Shown piece by piece: positions 17,811 through 26,760 of a DNA stretch of 32,000 nucleotides. Under the pieces are notes generated by a model. The model was not told the DNA's origin, did no database searches, and worked only from the letters and a program-made list of their open reading frames with translations. The DNA lies in NCBI GenBank assembly GCA_019056805.1, contig DXJG01000010.1:30001-62000 (forward strand), given 5' to 3'. The position numbers and the translations under genes were made by a program. Position 1 is the stretch's first letter. The number at the start of each line of letters is the position of its first letter. The DNA is from Candidatus Baldrarchaeota archaeon. GTDB lineage: Archaea > Asgardarchaeota > Baldrarchaeia > Baldrarchaeales > DXJG01.

Positions 17811-18083
17811 TCACCCGTATAGTGCTTCATCTATTTTTGTTGATGCATCTTTTATGCCCCATTTCTTTGGTTTTTCTAGGAGAATCCATGCTGGATCTTT
17901 TTCGAGTGGTGGGAGTTTTTCGGTTAGTTTTTCGATGAATTTTTCTTCGTTTTCTATTATCCATTCAATTGCTTTCTCCACGATTTCCTTTTTTTCTTTT
18001 TTCAAATTGTATTTGAGGAGAAGGTTTGCTATGAATTTGTTAAGTTTTTCATTGACTTTTTTATCTATTTTAATAGAACTCAT
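17811..18083 (-). CDS. VapB-like antitoxin
   Basis: SSIKIDKKVNEKL RHH-like start; C-terminal DASTKIDEALYG motif; directly upstream of vapC. Confidence 0.8.
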   Translation of the reverse strand: MSSIKIDKKVNEKLNKFIANLLLKYNLKKEKKEIVEKAIEWIIENEEKFIEKLTEKLPPLEKDPAWILLEKPKKWGIKDASTKIDEALYG

Positions 18084-18670
18084 TTTTACCTCCGGTATAA
18101 TGTTCTACTAATCTATTAATACATTTTTCTACTATTAGATTCTTAGGTAAAGAAACTAAGAAGTATAGGTTTGATTTATCTGATGTGGTTTATGTTAGGC
18201 TTGATAGTGGAATTGCTACATTGGATACAAGAGTGTTAGCTTTTGGGATTGTAAATATTGATGTGGATAGGAATTCTTAAAGATGGCGAGAGACCTTTTT
18301 GAGGAATGACTATAGAAAAGTTCGTGGAATTCTATAGGAGGAGGTTAGTGAGGAAGAATTAAATGAAATTAAAATTTAAAAATGGAATCTTCAAAAGGAG
18401 GAATCACGCCGTGGAACAACATAAAAGAAAAAGTTAGGAAGTTAATCAAGTGACTAGGTTCAAGGTTTTTCTTCACAGGAAAGATGAAAAATCTTTATAC
18501 ACGCTACCTAAGCAAGTTCTTAAGAAGGTTTACGTATGGTCGTGAAAGGTCAATTTTACGACCAGAAAAATCTGAGTGACATAATTGTTTTTGTTTGTTG
18601 TGGTTGTGTTTCGATTTGTTTAAATGTTTATATGGTTTATTATTTGTGTGGTTGTTAGGGTGGTGATGGT

Positions 18671-18841
18671 GTGTCTGTGGCTGATTATGTAAGAGAGGTT
18701 AGGGAGTCTATTGAAGAGATAAAGAAACTTCTGTATGGTATTTTGGAGACGCTTGAGATTTTGGAGGACAGGGAGTTGATGGAGCAGATTAGGGAATCTG
18801 AGAAGCAGATTGAAAGGGGAGAATACGAGAGGTTTCTTTAA
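18671..18841 (+). CDS. antitoxin of the RelE pair (56 aa, below the ORF-track cutoff)
   Basis: GGTGA RBS then GTG; ...ILETLEILEDRELMEQIRESEKQIERGE; its TAA overlaps the relE ATG (TAATG). Confidence 0.75.
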   Translation: MSVADYVREVRESIEEIKKLLYGILETLEILEDRELMEQIRESEKQIERGEYERFL

Positions 18842-19098
18842 TGGAGTATACTATTTTTGCATCTAAAAGATTTATTAAGGAGTTTGATAAACTTCCAAAG
18901 GATGCTCAAAAGAGAATTAAAGAAAAACTAGAAATTCTCAAGAAGTCTCCTTTTGTTGGTTTGTCTTTGCATGGAAGCCTGAAGGGCAAATATAGGATAA
19001 GGGTTGGAGATTATAGAGTTATTTATATGGTAAGTGAAAAGGAAAAAAGGGTTTATTTACTTGGTGTAGCCCATAGAAGAAAGGTATATGATGTTTAA
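18841..19098 (+). CDS. relE: RelE/StbE-family toxin
   Basis: FIKEFDKLPKDAQKRI...LHGSLKGKYRIRVGDYRVIY...HRRKVY. Confidence 0.92.
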   Translation: MEYTIFASKRFIKEFDKLPKDAQKRIKEKLEILKKSPFVGLSLHGSLKGKYRIRVGDYRVIYMVSEKEKRVYLLGVAHRRKVYDV

Positions 19099-19256
19099 GG
19101 ATTGCTTATTTAAGGTGTTTTTGAATCATTCGATTTGTTTAAATGTTTGGATGTAGTATTATTTGTGTGTATGTTGTTGGGTGGTTTAGTAGATTTTGGT
19201 GGTTTTGTGGAGAGAGTTTTGGTAGGACGGTTTGGTTAAGGTGTGGAGGTGTTATT

Positions 19257-19460
19257 ATGGGGTCGGTTGAGGAAAAATTTAGGCGTTTGCCTTCTGAGTT
19301 GCAGAGAGAAGTTATGGATTTTATTGATTTTTTGCTTCGGAAAGTTAAGAAGAAGCCGGCGAAGAAGCTTAGGTTGGATTGGGCGGGTGGTTTAAAGGAA
19401 TATCGAGATAAGTTTACTTCTTTGGAGCTTCAGAAAAAGGCTCTTGAGTGGTGGGATTGA
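19257..19460 (+). CDS. DUF2281-family antitoxin
   Basis: LPSELQREVMDFIDFL...LDWAGGLKEY; GGAGGTG RBS before the ATG at 19257. Confidence 0.8.
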   Translation: MGSVEEKFRRLPSELQREVMDFIDFLLRKVKKKPAKKLRLDWAGGLKEYRDKFTSLELQKKALEWWD

Positions 19461-19853
19461 TGTACCTTGTGGATACAAACATTTTTCTTGAGCTGGTTTC
19501 TTGAACAGAAGAGGGCAGATGGGGTGAGAAAGTTTTTTCTTCTGTGGATTCGTCAGATATATCGCTTACTGATTTGTCTCTTCATTCTATAGGGATAATT
19601 CTTATTAAATTTAAAAAATTTTAGGGTTTTCGCTAGATTTGTAAGGGATGTTGCTGATGGAAATGTGCAAATTTTGTCTTTAAATTTAGGAGATATGTTT
19701 AGTTTATTGGAGTTTGTGAAAAAGTTTGGTCTTGATTTTGATGATGCTTACCAATACACGATAGCTGAAAAATATAATTTGCAAATTATTAGCTTTGATA
19801 GGGATTTTGATAGAACGGAAAGAAAGAGAAAAGATCCTTTAGATATATTATGA
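19460..19853 (+). pseudogene. PIN toxin pseudogene (about three frameshifts)
   Basis: MYLVDTNIFLEL / EQKRADGVRKF / SLTDLSLHSIGII / ...LDFDDAYQY...ISFDRDFD lie in different frames. Confidence 0.85.
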
Positions 19854-19873
19854 TGAAATGGATGCGTGTTTGG

Positions 19874-20494
19874 CTAGGATTTTAATGATGTGTTGTTGGT
19901 TTGTATGTAGACTTTGATTGTGTGGTATTTTACTTTGAATTTGTTTAGTACTTTTTCTATTTCTATGCGTTTGTTCCATGGGATTATGATTGCTCCTCTT
20001 CCTATTTTGTTGCCTTCGAGTTTCTCTAGTAGACCTTCACGCATGTTTGGTGTCTTTTTCCTGCCGAAGAGTATGTAGTTTAACTTTAATTTTTCTTTAT
20101 GTGATAGATTGGTTAGATTGTATGTTATTATTGCTGCGGGTTTTGTGTTTAGGATGTGGGGTGGTGTTATAAATGGGTATCGCTGGAAGATTACTATTCC
20201 CTCTTGCAATATTGTGTGTAGGAATGTTTCTTCTAGGTTCTTTAGTTCTTCGATGGCTACGGGCATTGCTTGGACAAATAGTCCAGTTTTGCTTATTTTG
20301 TTGTAGAGTTTTTCAAAGTTTTCCCATAGTTTTTGTTTGCTGTTGAATATTATTAGGAGGTCGTAGTCTGAATATTGATCGTAGTCTCCTCTAGCTCTGC
20401 TGCCGAAAAGTATTGCTGCTATTACTCCATCGACAACAACTGCTTCACTAAGTTTATTTAAGTCTGATTCCAGTTTTTCTTTGGATTTCATCAA
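19874..20494 (-). CDS. minimal nucleotidyltransferase (MNT) with an extra C-terminal domain
   Basis: LFGSRARGD...SDYDLL; about 85 extra residues (AIITYNL...GRGAIIIP). Confidence 0.85.
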   Translation of the reverse strand: MMKSKEKLESDLNKLSEAVVVDGVIAAILFGSRARGDYDQYSDYDLLIIFNSKQKLWENFEKLYNKISKTGLFVQAMPVAIEELKNLEETFLHTILQEGIVIFQRYPFITPPHILNTKPAAIITYNLTNLSHKEKLKLNYILFGRKKTPNMREGLLEKLEGNKIGRGAIIIPWNKRIEIEKVLNKFKVKYHTIKVYIQTNNTSLKS

Positions 20495-20840
20495 GGATCC
20501 TCTCCATAGCTTCTATTGCTTTTTTGGCTCTTTCACCATTAATACCATTATATCCGAGAAGCCCGTAGATGCCCCAGAGAATGTCTATATAACTTGCAAC
20601 TTGAGGGAAATTCTTTTTAAGCCACATACTACGTTTGTAGTGTGCGCTTCTTGGATCTTTGTGGAAGTGTAGGTTTTCTTTTGATGCTGCAGCTTCTATG
20701 GCTTGTTCAACAGCTTTAAGAGCTAGGTCTGCTACATTTGTATATCTTTTTTTAGAAAATTCATCTAGTGCTCCGCTTCTTTTTTCTCTTGCAATTCTTG
20801 CATGATGCTCGTCGTTTCCCAACTTCAACACCCTTTTCAT
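20454..20840 (-). CDS. HEPN-domain protein
   Basis: Helical, LALKAVEQAIEA...LGY; overlaps and precedes the MNT gene. Confidence 0.7.
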   Translation of the reverse strand: MKRVLKLGNDEHHARIAREKRSGALDEFSKKRYTNVADLALKAVEQAIEAAASKENLHFHKDPRSAHYKRSMWLKKNFPQVASYIDILWGIYGLLGYNGINGERAKKAIEAMERILDEIQRKTGIRLK

Positions 20841-21017
20841 ATTATATGAAAAAATTATATAATATAAGTATTTTTGTGGAGAGATTGCGAGCCTTATTCA
20901 GGTGGATGAGGTTGGTTGTAATATTGGATAAGATTAGTTTATGTGAACAATATGGGAGGTTGACGAGGATAAAAGGTTGGTAAGTAGTGGTTATTGTGAT
21001 TTTAGTTTGTTGTTTTG

Positions 21018-21536
21018 TTAATTGATGCACCAGAATAGTTCTTTTATTTTTTGAATAATTGTTTGTTTAGTGTTGGGATTTTTTCTGGGAGTTCGTCTAT
21101 TGTGTGGTATGGGCGGTTTTCTTTGATTTTTTGGAAGAGTTTTTCGTCTATTCCCAGTAGTTTTGTCATTGTTTCTTTGGAGGCGATGTTGATTTCTCTG
21201 CGTAGTTTTTCGTATTTTGGGTCTCCTCTATATTTTTCCTCTGTTTCTTTTGTTGCTAGTTCGTGGGCTTGGTCTACGCTAAGGCCTTCGGCTCTATGTT
21301 TTATTTCTCTTAATTCGTGGTAAAGAATGTATTCTTCAAATTCTTTGTATTTTTTGGAAATCCATATTTCGTTGAGTGGTATACCTAGTTTATCTGCGGC
21401 GGGTGGGAACACTAGTTTATCTTTGTATTTAACTCTGTAGCAGGCGATGTGGTCTTCTATGACTTCGTGGGGTACGTAGACTATTTTGTAGCCTAATTTT
21501 TTATTTTCCTCTTTTACATCGTTTTTTTTCTTGCAT
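21018..21536 (-). pseudogene. HExxE + helix-hairpin-helix protein with two poly-A frameshifts
   Basis: ILYHELRE and INIASKETMTKLLGIDEKLFQKI..NRPY (ComEA-like HhH). The ATG at 21536 is out of frame by one A; adding one A near 21048 extends the end to KKIKELFWCIN*. Confidence 0.6.
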
Positions 21537-21712
21537 TTATGACATCTCCCCTAAACACTATATTTAATAAATTCTAGAAATAAAGGCAAAATAACATAAA
21601 GTTAAAATCGGTGATTTAACGGTTTTGTTCGTTTGCGTCTTGTTCTGCCTAAATCTGCCTTCTACGGGGTTCATTAATATATGTTATACGCAAATTATAT
21701 GGGTAGATAAAA

Positions 21713-22252
21713 ATGGCTGGTGAGAATCGGGATTTAGCTGTAAGAATATTACCTTATGATAGTAAGGCACCTGAAATATTTGAGGAGATAAGACGGTTTA
21801 TTTGCGATGTAATTCCGTATCGGATTGAAGTTGAGCATATAGGGAGCACGGCGGTTCCAGGTTTGGGTGGGAAAGGAATTATCGACATATTAATCATAGC
21901 AAAGAAAGAACATATGCAAAGTATAGTTGAAATATTAGAGTCTAAAGGATACAAATATAATCCTCAAGGTGGAACTCCTCCAGAAAGACTTTTTGTCTCG
22001 GGACCATACAAGTATCGTGGAAAAGAACTGCACATACATATTCACATAACGTTTTTTGGAAGCAAAGAACATAGAGATAAATTGCTTTTCCGAGATTATC
22101 TTAGAAAACACCCTGATGAAGCTAAAAGGTATTATGAACTCAAAAAACAATGGAGTAAAGAAGCTGGTCCAGATGGTTCTAAATATACAGAGCTTAAAAC
22201 ACGATATATTAATGAGATATTGGAGAAAGCAAGAAAAGAAGTAGGAAAGTAG
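21713..22252 (+). CDS. GrpB-family (UPF0157) nucleotidyltransferase-fold protein
   Basis: EHIGSTAVPGLGGKGIIDI, HIHI, LLFRDYLR, YTELK. Confidence 0.9.
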   Translation: MAGENRDLAVRILPYDSKAPEIFEEIRRFICDVIPYRIEVEHIGSTAVPGLGGKGIIDILIIAKKEHMQSIVEILESKGYKYNPQGGTPPERLFVSGPYKYRGKELHIHIHITFFGSKEHRDKLLFRDYLRKHPDEAKRYYELKKQWSKEAGPDGSKYTELKTRYINEILEKARKEVGK

Positions 22253-22633
22253 CCGTTACAAAAACGGGGTGGAGCGATTAACCAGCAAAATTCTATTAAT
22301 AAATCAGTTTAACCACATTAATTAAAATGTTTAAGCTAAAAAATGATGTGTGTTATAGTTGTTGTTTTTGAGTTTTATCGTGAAGATAAATTTATTCTTG
22401 GGTAGACTGTTAAGTTTACTGTTCTTTGTGTTTTTTGGGAGTTCGTAAAGGAGTTGGGTAGGTAGAAGGTTAGTGTTGTTAACTGTCCTGTAGAGAAGTT
22501 AAGGGATAGTTGGTTGAGTTTAGGTAGTGAAGGTTTCATGTAGCTGGAGGCTTGAAGGACTTTGTTTGTAATTTTGTTTTTATTGGTTGATAAATTGTTG
22601 TTTTCGGGGGGGTCGTTAGACTGTATGAGCGTG

Positions 22634-23152
22634 TTAGTTTTCTTTAAGGTAGTGTATTAGGTATTTGTTCCAGGTGAGGGAAGTTAGGTAGCCTGCTGCT
22701 ATTCCGTTTATGGTTCCAATTATGAAGATTATGAGGTAGAGTGTTGGTATCATGGGCATTAATCCTATTATGATTGCTGTGCACATTGATATTAGACCTA
22801 CTATAATTGTGCTTAGGGTGAGTGCGGCTGTTAGTCTTATTGTTTTAACTTGGCTGTTGGTTTTAACGTTGAAAGTGTGAATGAAGATATCGATTAGTAG
22901 TCCGTATATTATTGAAAATATTAGGGTGAATGGGATGTATCTGGCTCTTATAATGCTTAAAAGGGCGCCGTTTATTGTTGATGCGTAGGTTGCTCCCCAT
23001 TTGTCTATTAGTAGTGAGGCTAGTGCGAATGTAAGAACTTGAACAACAATAAATGCTTTGTCAATTGGGGTGGGTAGCATAGCCTTAGATAGGAAAGCTA
23101 TAACTCCAAGCAGAGTTGCAAAAGCTAAACGTCTACTAGAGCGGGTGTTCAT
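22634..23152 (-). CDS. small integral membrane protein, ECF S-component-like
   Basis: 172 aa with 5-6 hydrophobic helices; standalone. Confidence 0.55.
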   Translation of the reverse strand: MNTRSSRRLAFATLLGVIAFLSKAMLPTPIDKAFIVVQVLTFALASLLIDKWGATYASTINGALLSIIRARYIPFTLIFSIIYGLLIDIFIHTFNVKTNSQVKTIRLTAALTLSTIIVGLISMCTAIIIGLMPMIPTLYLIIFIIGTINGIAAGYLTSLTWNKYLIHYLKEN

Positions 23153-23417
23153 TTGTTTCCTCCCCTAGTGTTAAACTGTTTTACTTAAGTTTGATAATAA
23201 GTATTATACTCCTAGATATATGTTTAAGGAGTTAATGGCTCAAGCTAAATAGTGCAGATTATTTTGTTTGTGGTTTAGTTATCTTTGTTTTTATGTTTTT
23301 AAATATTTTAATGATCTAATGTTGATGAAGGAGAATAAAGTTTGATGTTATTGAGTTCTTTAATGGTGTTTTTGGCGGTATACTTATATGGTTATGTTGT
23401 TATGTAATATTGTGGTG

Positions 23418-23651
23418 ATGTTGTTGAGAAGGTATGCTACGATTTCGGTTCCTGTGGAGGTTAAAAGGATTCTTGAAAAGGTTAAGGGTGATAGGGAATG
23501 GGGGGAGTTTTTGATTTGGCTGTATGAGGAGGTTAGGAAGCTAAGGGGTGAAAGTTCTTTTAGGGAGTTGGTGGAGATTCTTTCCGAGGAGGAGCTTGAA
23601 AATATTTTAAAGAGTAGTCGGGAGTTTAGGAAGGGGTTTGTTTTGAAATGA
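23418..23651 (+). CDS. VapB-like antitoxin
   Basis: YATISVPVEVKRILEKVKGDREWGEFL...ILKSSREFRK. Confidence 0.85.
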   Translation: MLLRRYATISVPVEVKRILEKVKGDREWGEFLIWLYEEVRKLRGESSFRELVEILSEEELENILKSSREFRKGFVLK

Positions 23652-24001
23652 GCTTGCTGGATACGAGTGTTTTGGTTGAGCTTTTGCGAAGAAAGAAGTA
23701 TGAATTTGCTAGTATTTCTGTTATAACTTTGATCGAGATTTTGAGGGGTGTGAAAGCGGAGAAAAGGGAAAGGGTTAAGGATTTGATTGAGAGGAGTTTT
23801 GATGTGATAGGTTTGGATAATAGAGTTGTTGAAACTTACTGTGATCTTTACGATAGGTTGAGGGAAAGAGGGGAAATGATTTCCGATGCAGATTTACTTA
23901 TAGCTGCTACGGCGATTTCACGTGGCTTAACTTTGAGAACTAGTGATAAAAAACATTTTGAAAGGTTGAAAAAATATGGGTTAAAATTAGACTTAACTTA
24001 A
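23648..24001 (+). CDS. vapC: PIN-domain (VapC) toxin
   Basis: LLDTSVLV, ITLIE, ISDADLLIAATA, TSDKKHF. Confidence 0.92.
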   Translation: MSLLDTSVLVELLRRKKYEFASISVITLIEILRGVKAEKRERVKDLIERSFDVIGLDNRVVETYCDLYDRLRERGEMISDADLLIAATAISRGLTLRTSDKKHFERLKKYGLKLDLT

Positions 24002-24031
24002 AGTAAGTTACTGTTGAATGTTCCAAGATAG

Positions 24032-24169
24032 CTTAGAACTTATCTGTTGATGACGGATTTTGAGGAGCCTGTTCCATCTAAGAAAGTTATGGAGGAATAT
24101 TATAGGGATTTTGGAGATGAACACAATCGTATTCCATGGTTTTTAATTGTAGGGGCTAAGAAAACATGA
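24032..24169 (+). pseudogene. C-terminal remnant of a class I SAM methyltransferase
   Basis: TDFEEPVPS...RIPWFLIVGAKK* resembles the terminal strands of such enzymes; no N-terminus. Confidence 0.45.
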
Positions 24170-24216
24170 ATGTATAAACTTTTAACTTCTTCCTTCACCC
24201 TTTTTCTAGGAGGTTT

Positions 24217-24885
24217 TTATTTTTTCGTGGTTGTTTTCTTAAATGTGAGCACGTAGTGTAGAATGGTTCCATATTTGTTAATTGGTTCGAAATCGGTGTT
24301 TTTGCACCATTTGGTTACTGTTTTTTGACGTGGATAATCTGGATCTAGTAGTAATTCACCTATTGGTAGTATGCCGTCATCTTTTAGAACACGTTTAATT
24401 TCAAGTAATGCTTTCTTTTTATCGGGGATTTCTGCCAGTACTGTGATCATGAAAATTCGGTCAAACATTTTGTTTGTGAAGGGAAGGTAATAGGCAGATG
24501 CCGTTATTGCCGTGCCGTTCGTTATTTTCTCTTTCTTTAGTCTATTGTTTAGTTTTTTTATTAGGGTTGACTGTATATCTACGGCGAAGAGTTTTCCCCT
24601 TTTACCAACGTGTCTTGCTGCTTCGATCGTGAAAGTTCCTGGGCCGGGGCCTATTTCTAAAACATACATACCGTCTTGTATGCCTATCCATTTAACTACT
24701 TTTGTGGGTGGCTGTATTCGTCTTCTAATAGGATTGTCAATAAAGCGGGCAGCGAATGCAGGGATCGGAAAGTGAATATATCGTCTTATAACTCTTATTA
24801 CAGTCTGAACGAAGATAAACCAACCTAGTAAGATAATAAATATCCAAAGAAGTACTGTTAGTATTATAGAAACAATGGGCATCAT
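24217..24885 (-). CDS. class I SAM-dependent methyltransferase with N-terminal TM anchor
   Basis: VLEIGPGPG, AVDIQ, LPF...FDRI, LKDDG. Confidence 0.9.
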   Translation of the reverse strand: MMPIVSIILTVLLWIFIILLGWFIFVQTVIRVIRRYIHFPIPAFAARFIDNPIRRRIQPPTKVVKWIGIQDGMYVLEIGPGPGTFTIEAARHVGKRGKLFAVDIQSTLIKKLNNRLKKEKITNGTAITASAYYLPFTNKMFDRIFMITVLAEIPDKKKALLEIKRVLKDDGILPIGELLLDPDYPRQKTVTKWCKNTDFEPINKYGTILHYVLTFKKTTTKK

Positions 24886-25117
24886 ATTATTCTCCTACAG
24901 TACAGTGTCACTTGATAACTATTAAATGAAATTTGTTTAATGTTAAATTTTAAGTTAAAATTGATTTAAAACAACAGTTTACTTCGTGTTTATTAAGACG
25001 AAGCGAGTTTCATCTTAATAATACTATGTGGAAACCTTCTTTAACCTTACAAGAATATTTCTCTCCAATTACTAAACCATTGCCATTACTATTTTACTGT
25101 TTTTAAGCTTGGTTATT

Positions 25118-25469
25118 TCAGTCTTTTTCAAGTAATTCCAAAGTGTATTTATATGTGATTATCCATGTTAAACCTATTATGAGGACAAGTAGCAATGTTT
25201 TTATGAAGTATAGGTAGAAGAGCTTGTCTATTATAACTCATTTCACTAAGTGCAGTTAACATTCCTGGTTCTCTGGGCCATGGAAAAAATGTTCCAGGCC
25301 CGGTGGAACGCCAATAATAATCCCCATCAAAGTAGCAAATGTGAATAGATACTAAATATGCCTTTATGGTATACGCTGTTATAAATGTTGAAATGATCCA
25401 TAAAGCCACTATTAATAGGTGTTTAGAGAATTTTAGGATTTTTAGTCTTTTATTGAATTTTACATTCAT
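25118..25469 (-). pseudogene. small 2-TM membrane protein with a frameshift near 25237
   Basis: After ALSEMS another frame gives IIDKLFYLYFIKTLLLVLIIGLTWIITY...* (second TM helix). Confidence 0.55.
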
Positions 25470-25802
25470 ACTTTAACACTTCAGTATTTTACATAATTTT
25501 CTTTAATGATAAAATTAAAAGCTGAATTATAAATTTTTACGTTGTGAATCGCCTTTAACCCTGTAGCTTTGCACATGGTTTTACTTCTTCAAGCTGTGAT
25601 TATATTTAGGAACGCTTTCCGTAGCAAAAGGGTTTAATCAGAGTTTTTAAAGTTTATAAGTTAGGTGATGTGTTCAATTAAGGGTCATGATGTTAGGTAT
25701 GTGTCTTGTTCTGTATTATTGTTAGGACGTTGAATTTGATAATTTAAATAATAGCCTGCCTGTATTGAACGAATCTTTGCAAGGTAGAAGGGCATATGCA
25801 AT

Positions 25803-26747
25803 TTACAACTTGTTTAGGATGTGAAGTGTTTTTATGATTTTCTTTATTCGTTCGTTGTACATTTCTTCGAACGTTTTTCCTTGGTAGTTATATATGCCTT
25901 TTCCTGTTTTTATTCCAAGTTGGTTCATTCTTATTTTGTCGGCTAGCCACTTGGGTGGTTTAAATCTTTCATCTTTGAGTGTTTTTGATAGGTAGATTGA
26001 TGCGAGGTATACGATGTCTAGGCCTATGTAATCTAGGTTTCTGAAGGGACCAAATAGCAGGTATATAAGTCCTAGATGTTCTGTCCATGTTTTGTCGATG
26101 TCTTCTATGGTTGTAATGCCTGTTTCTATGAGTTTTGTTGCCTCTGCAAGTACTGCTGCTGCCATTCTATTAACAAGAAAACCTGGAATATCTCTGCATA
26201 CTATAGTTTTCTTTTTGCATTTATCTTCTAAAAATTCTTTTATTCTTTTAACCGTGTTGTCTGAGGTGTGTGTTCCTCGGACTATTTCAACTAGAGGTAG
26301 AATGAAAGGAGGGTTCATCCAATGTGTGCCGATCATTCTTTCAGGTTTTTCTATTGCTTCTGAAATATCACTTATTCTTATTACGGAGGTTGTTGTTGCA
26401 AGTATTGTGTCTTCTGAGACATATTTTTCTACTTCTCTGAAAATTTTTCTTTTAAGCTTTAAATCTTCGGGCACAGCCTCTATAACTAAATCTGCTTCCT
26501 TTACGCATTTCTTAAGGTCATTCATCATTTTAATACGTAAAATTATTTTATCTATATCTTGATGATCGATTATGTTTTCGTTTGCTAGTAATTCTAAATT
26601 AGATTTTATGCGTTTTAAGGCTTCTTTTAAAATTTTATCTTTAATGTCGTATAATGTTACGTTGCAGTTGGCTTGTGCACATGTTTGTGCAATGCCGTGG
26701 CCCATTAGTCCTGCTCCTATAATGGAAACTTGTGTTATTTTTTTCAT
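25803..26747 (-). CDS. 3-hydroxyacyl-CoA dehydrogenase family protein
   Basis: GAGLMGHGIA, VIEAVPEDL, HWMNPP...LVE, PGFLVNR, GIKTGKG. Confidence 0.93.
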   Translation of the reverse strand: MKKITQVSIIGAGLMGHGIAQTCAQANCNVTLYDIKDKILKEALKRIKSNLELLANENIIDHQDIDKIILRIKMMNDLKKCVKEADLVIEAVPEDLKLKRKIFREVEKYVSEDTILATTTSVIRISDISEAIEKPERMIGTHWMNPPFILPLVEIVRGTHTSDNTVKRIKEFLEDKCKKKTIVCRDIPGFLVNRMAAAVLAEATKLIETGITTIEDIDKTWTEHLGLIYLLFGPFRNLDYIGLDIVYLASIYLSKTLKDERFKPPKWLADKIRMNQLGIKTGKGIYNYQGKTFEEMYNERIKKIIKTLHILNKL

Positions 26748-26760
26748 ATAATCATCTCTC

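Noticed and set aside
18150-18420. Protein-like stretches with stops (ETKKYRFDLSDVVYVRLDSG...)
   Set aside because: Probably a decayed gene, but there is no start and no recognisable family, so it cannot be supported.
19143-19256. Long N-terminal extensions of track ORFs (also 23388-23417, 17807-17830, 15707-15724)
   Set aside because: Internal starts with an RBS and/or family-typical N-termini fit better.
22370-22560. Frame interrupted by several TAG codons, suggesting pyrrolysine or stop-codon readthrough
   Set aside because: No recognisable protein, a TGA also interrupts the frame, and TAG is frequent in G/T-skewed non-coding DNA.
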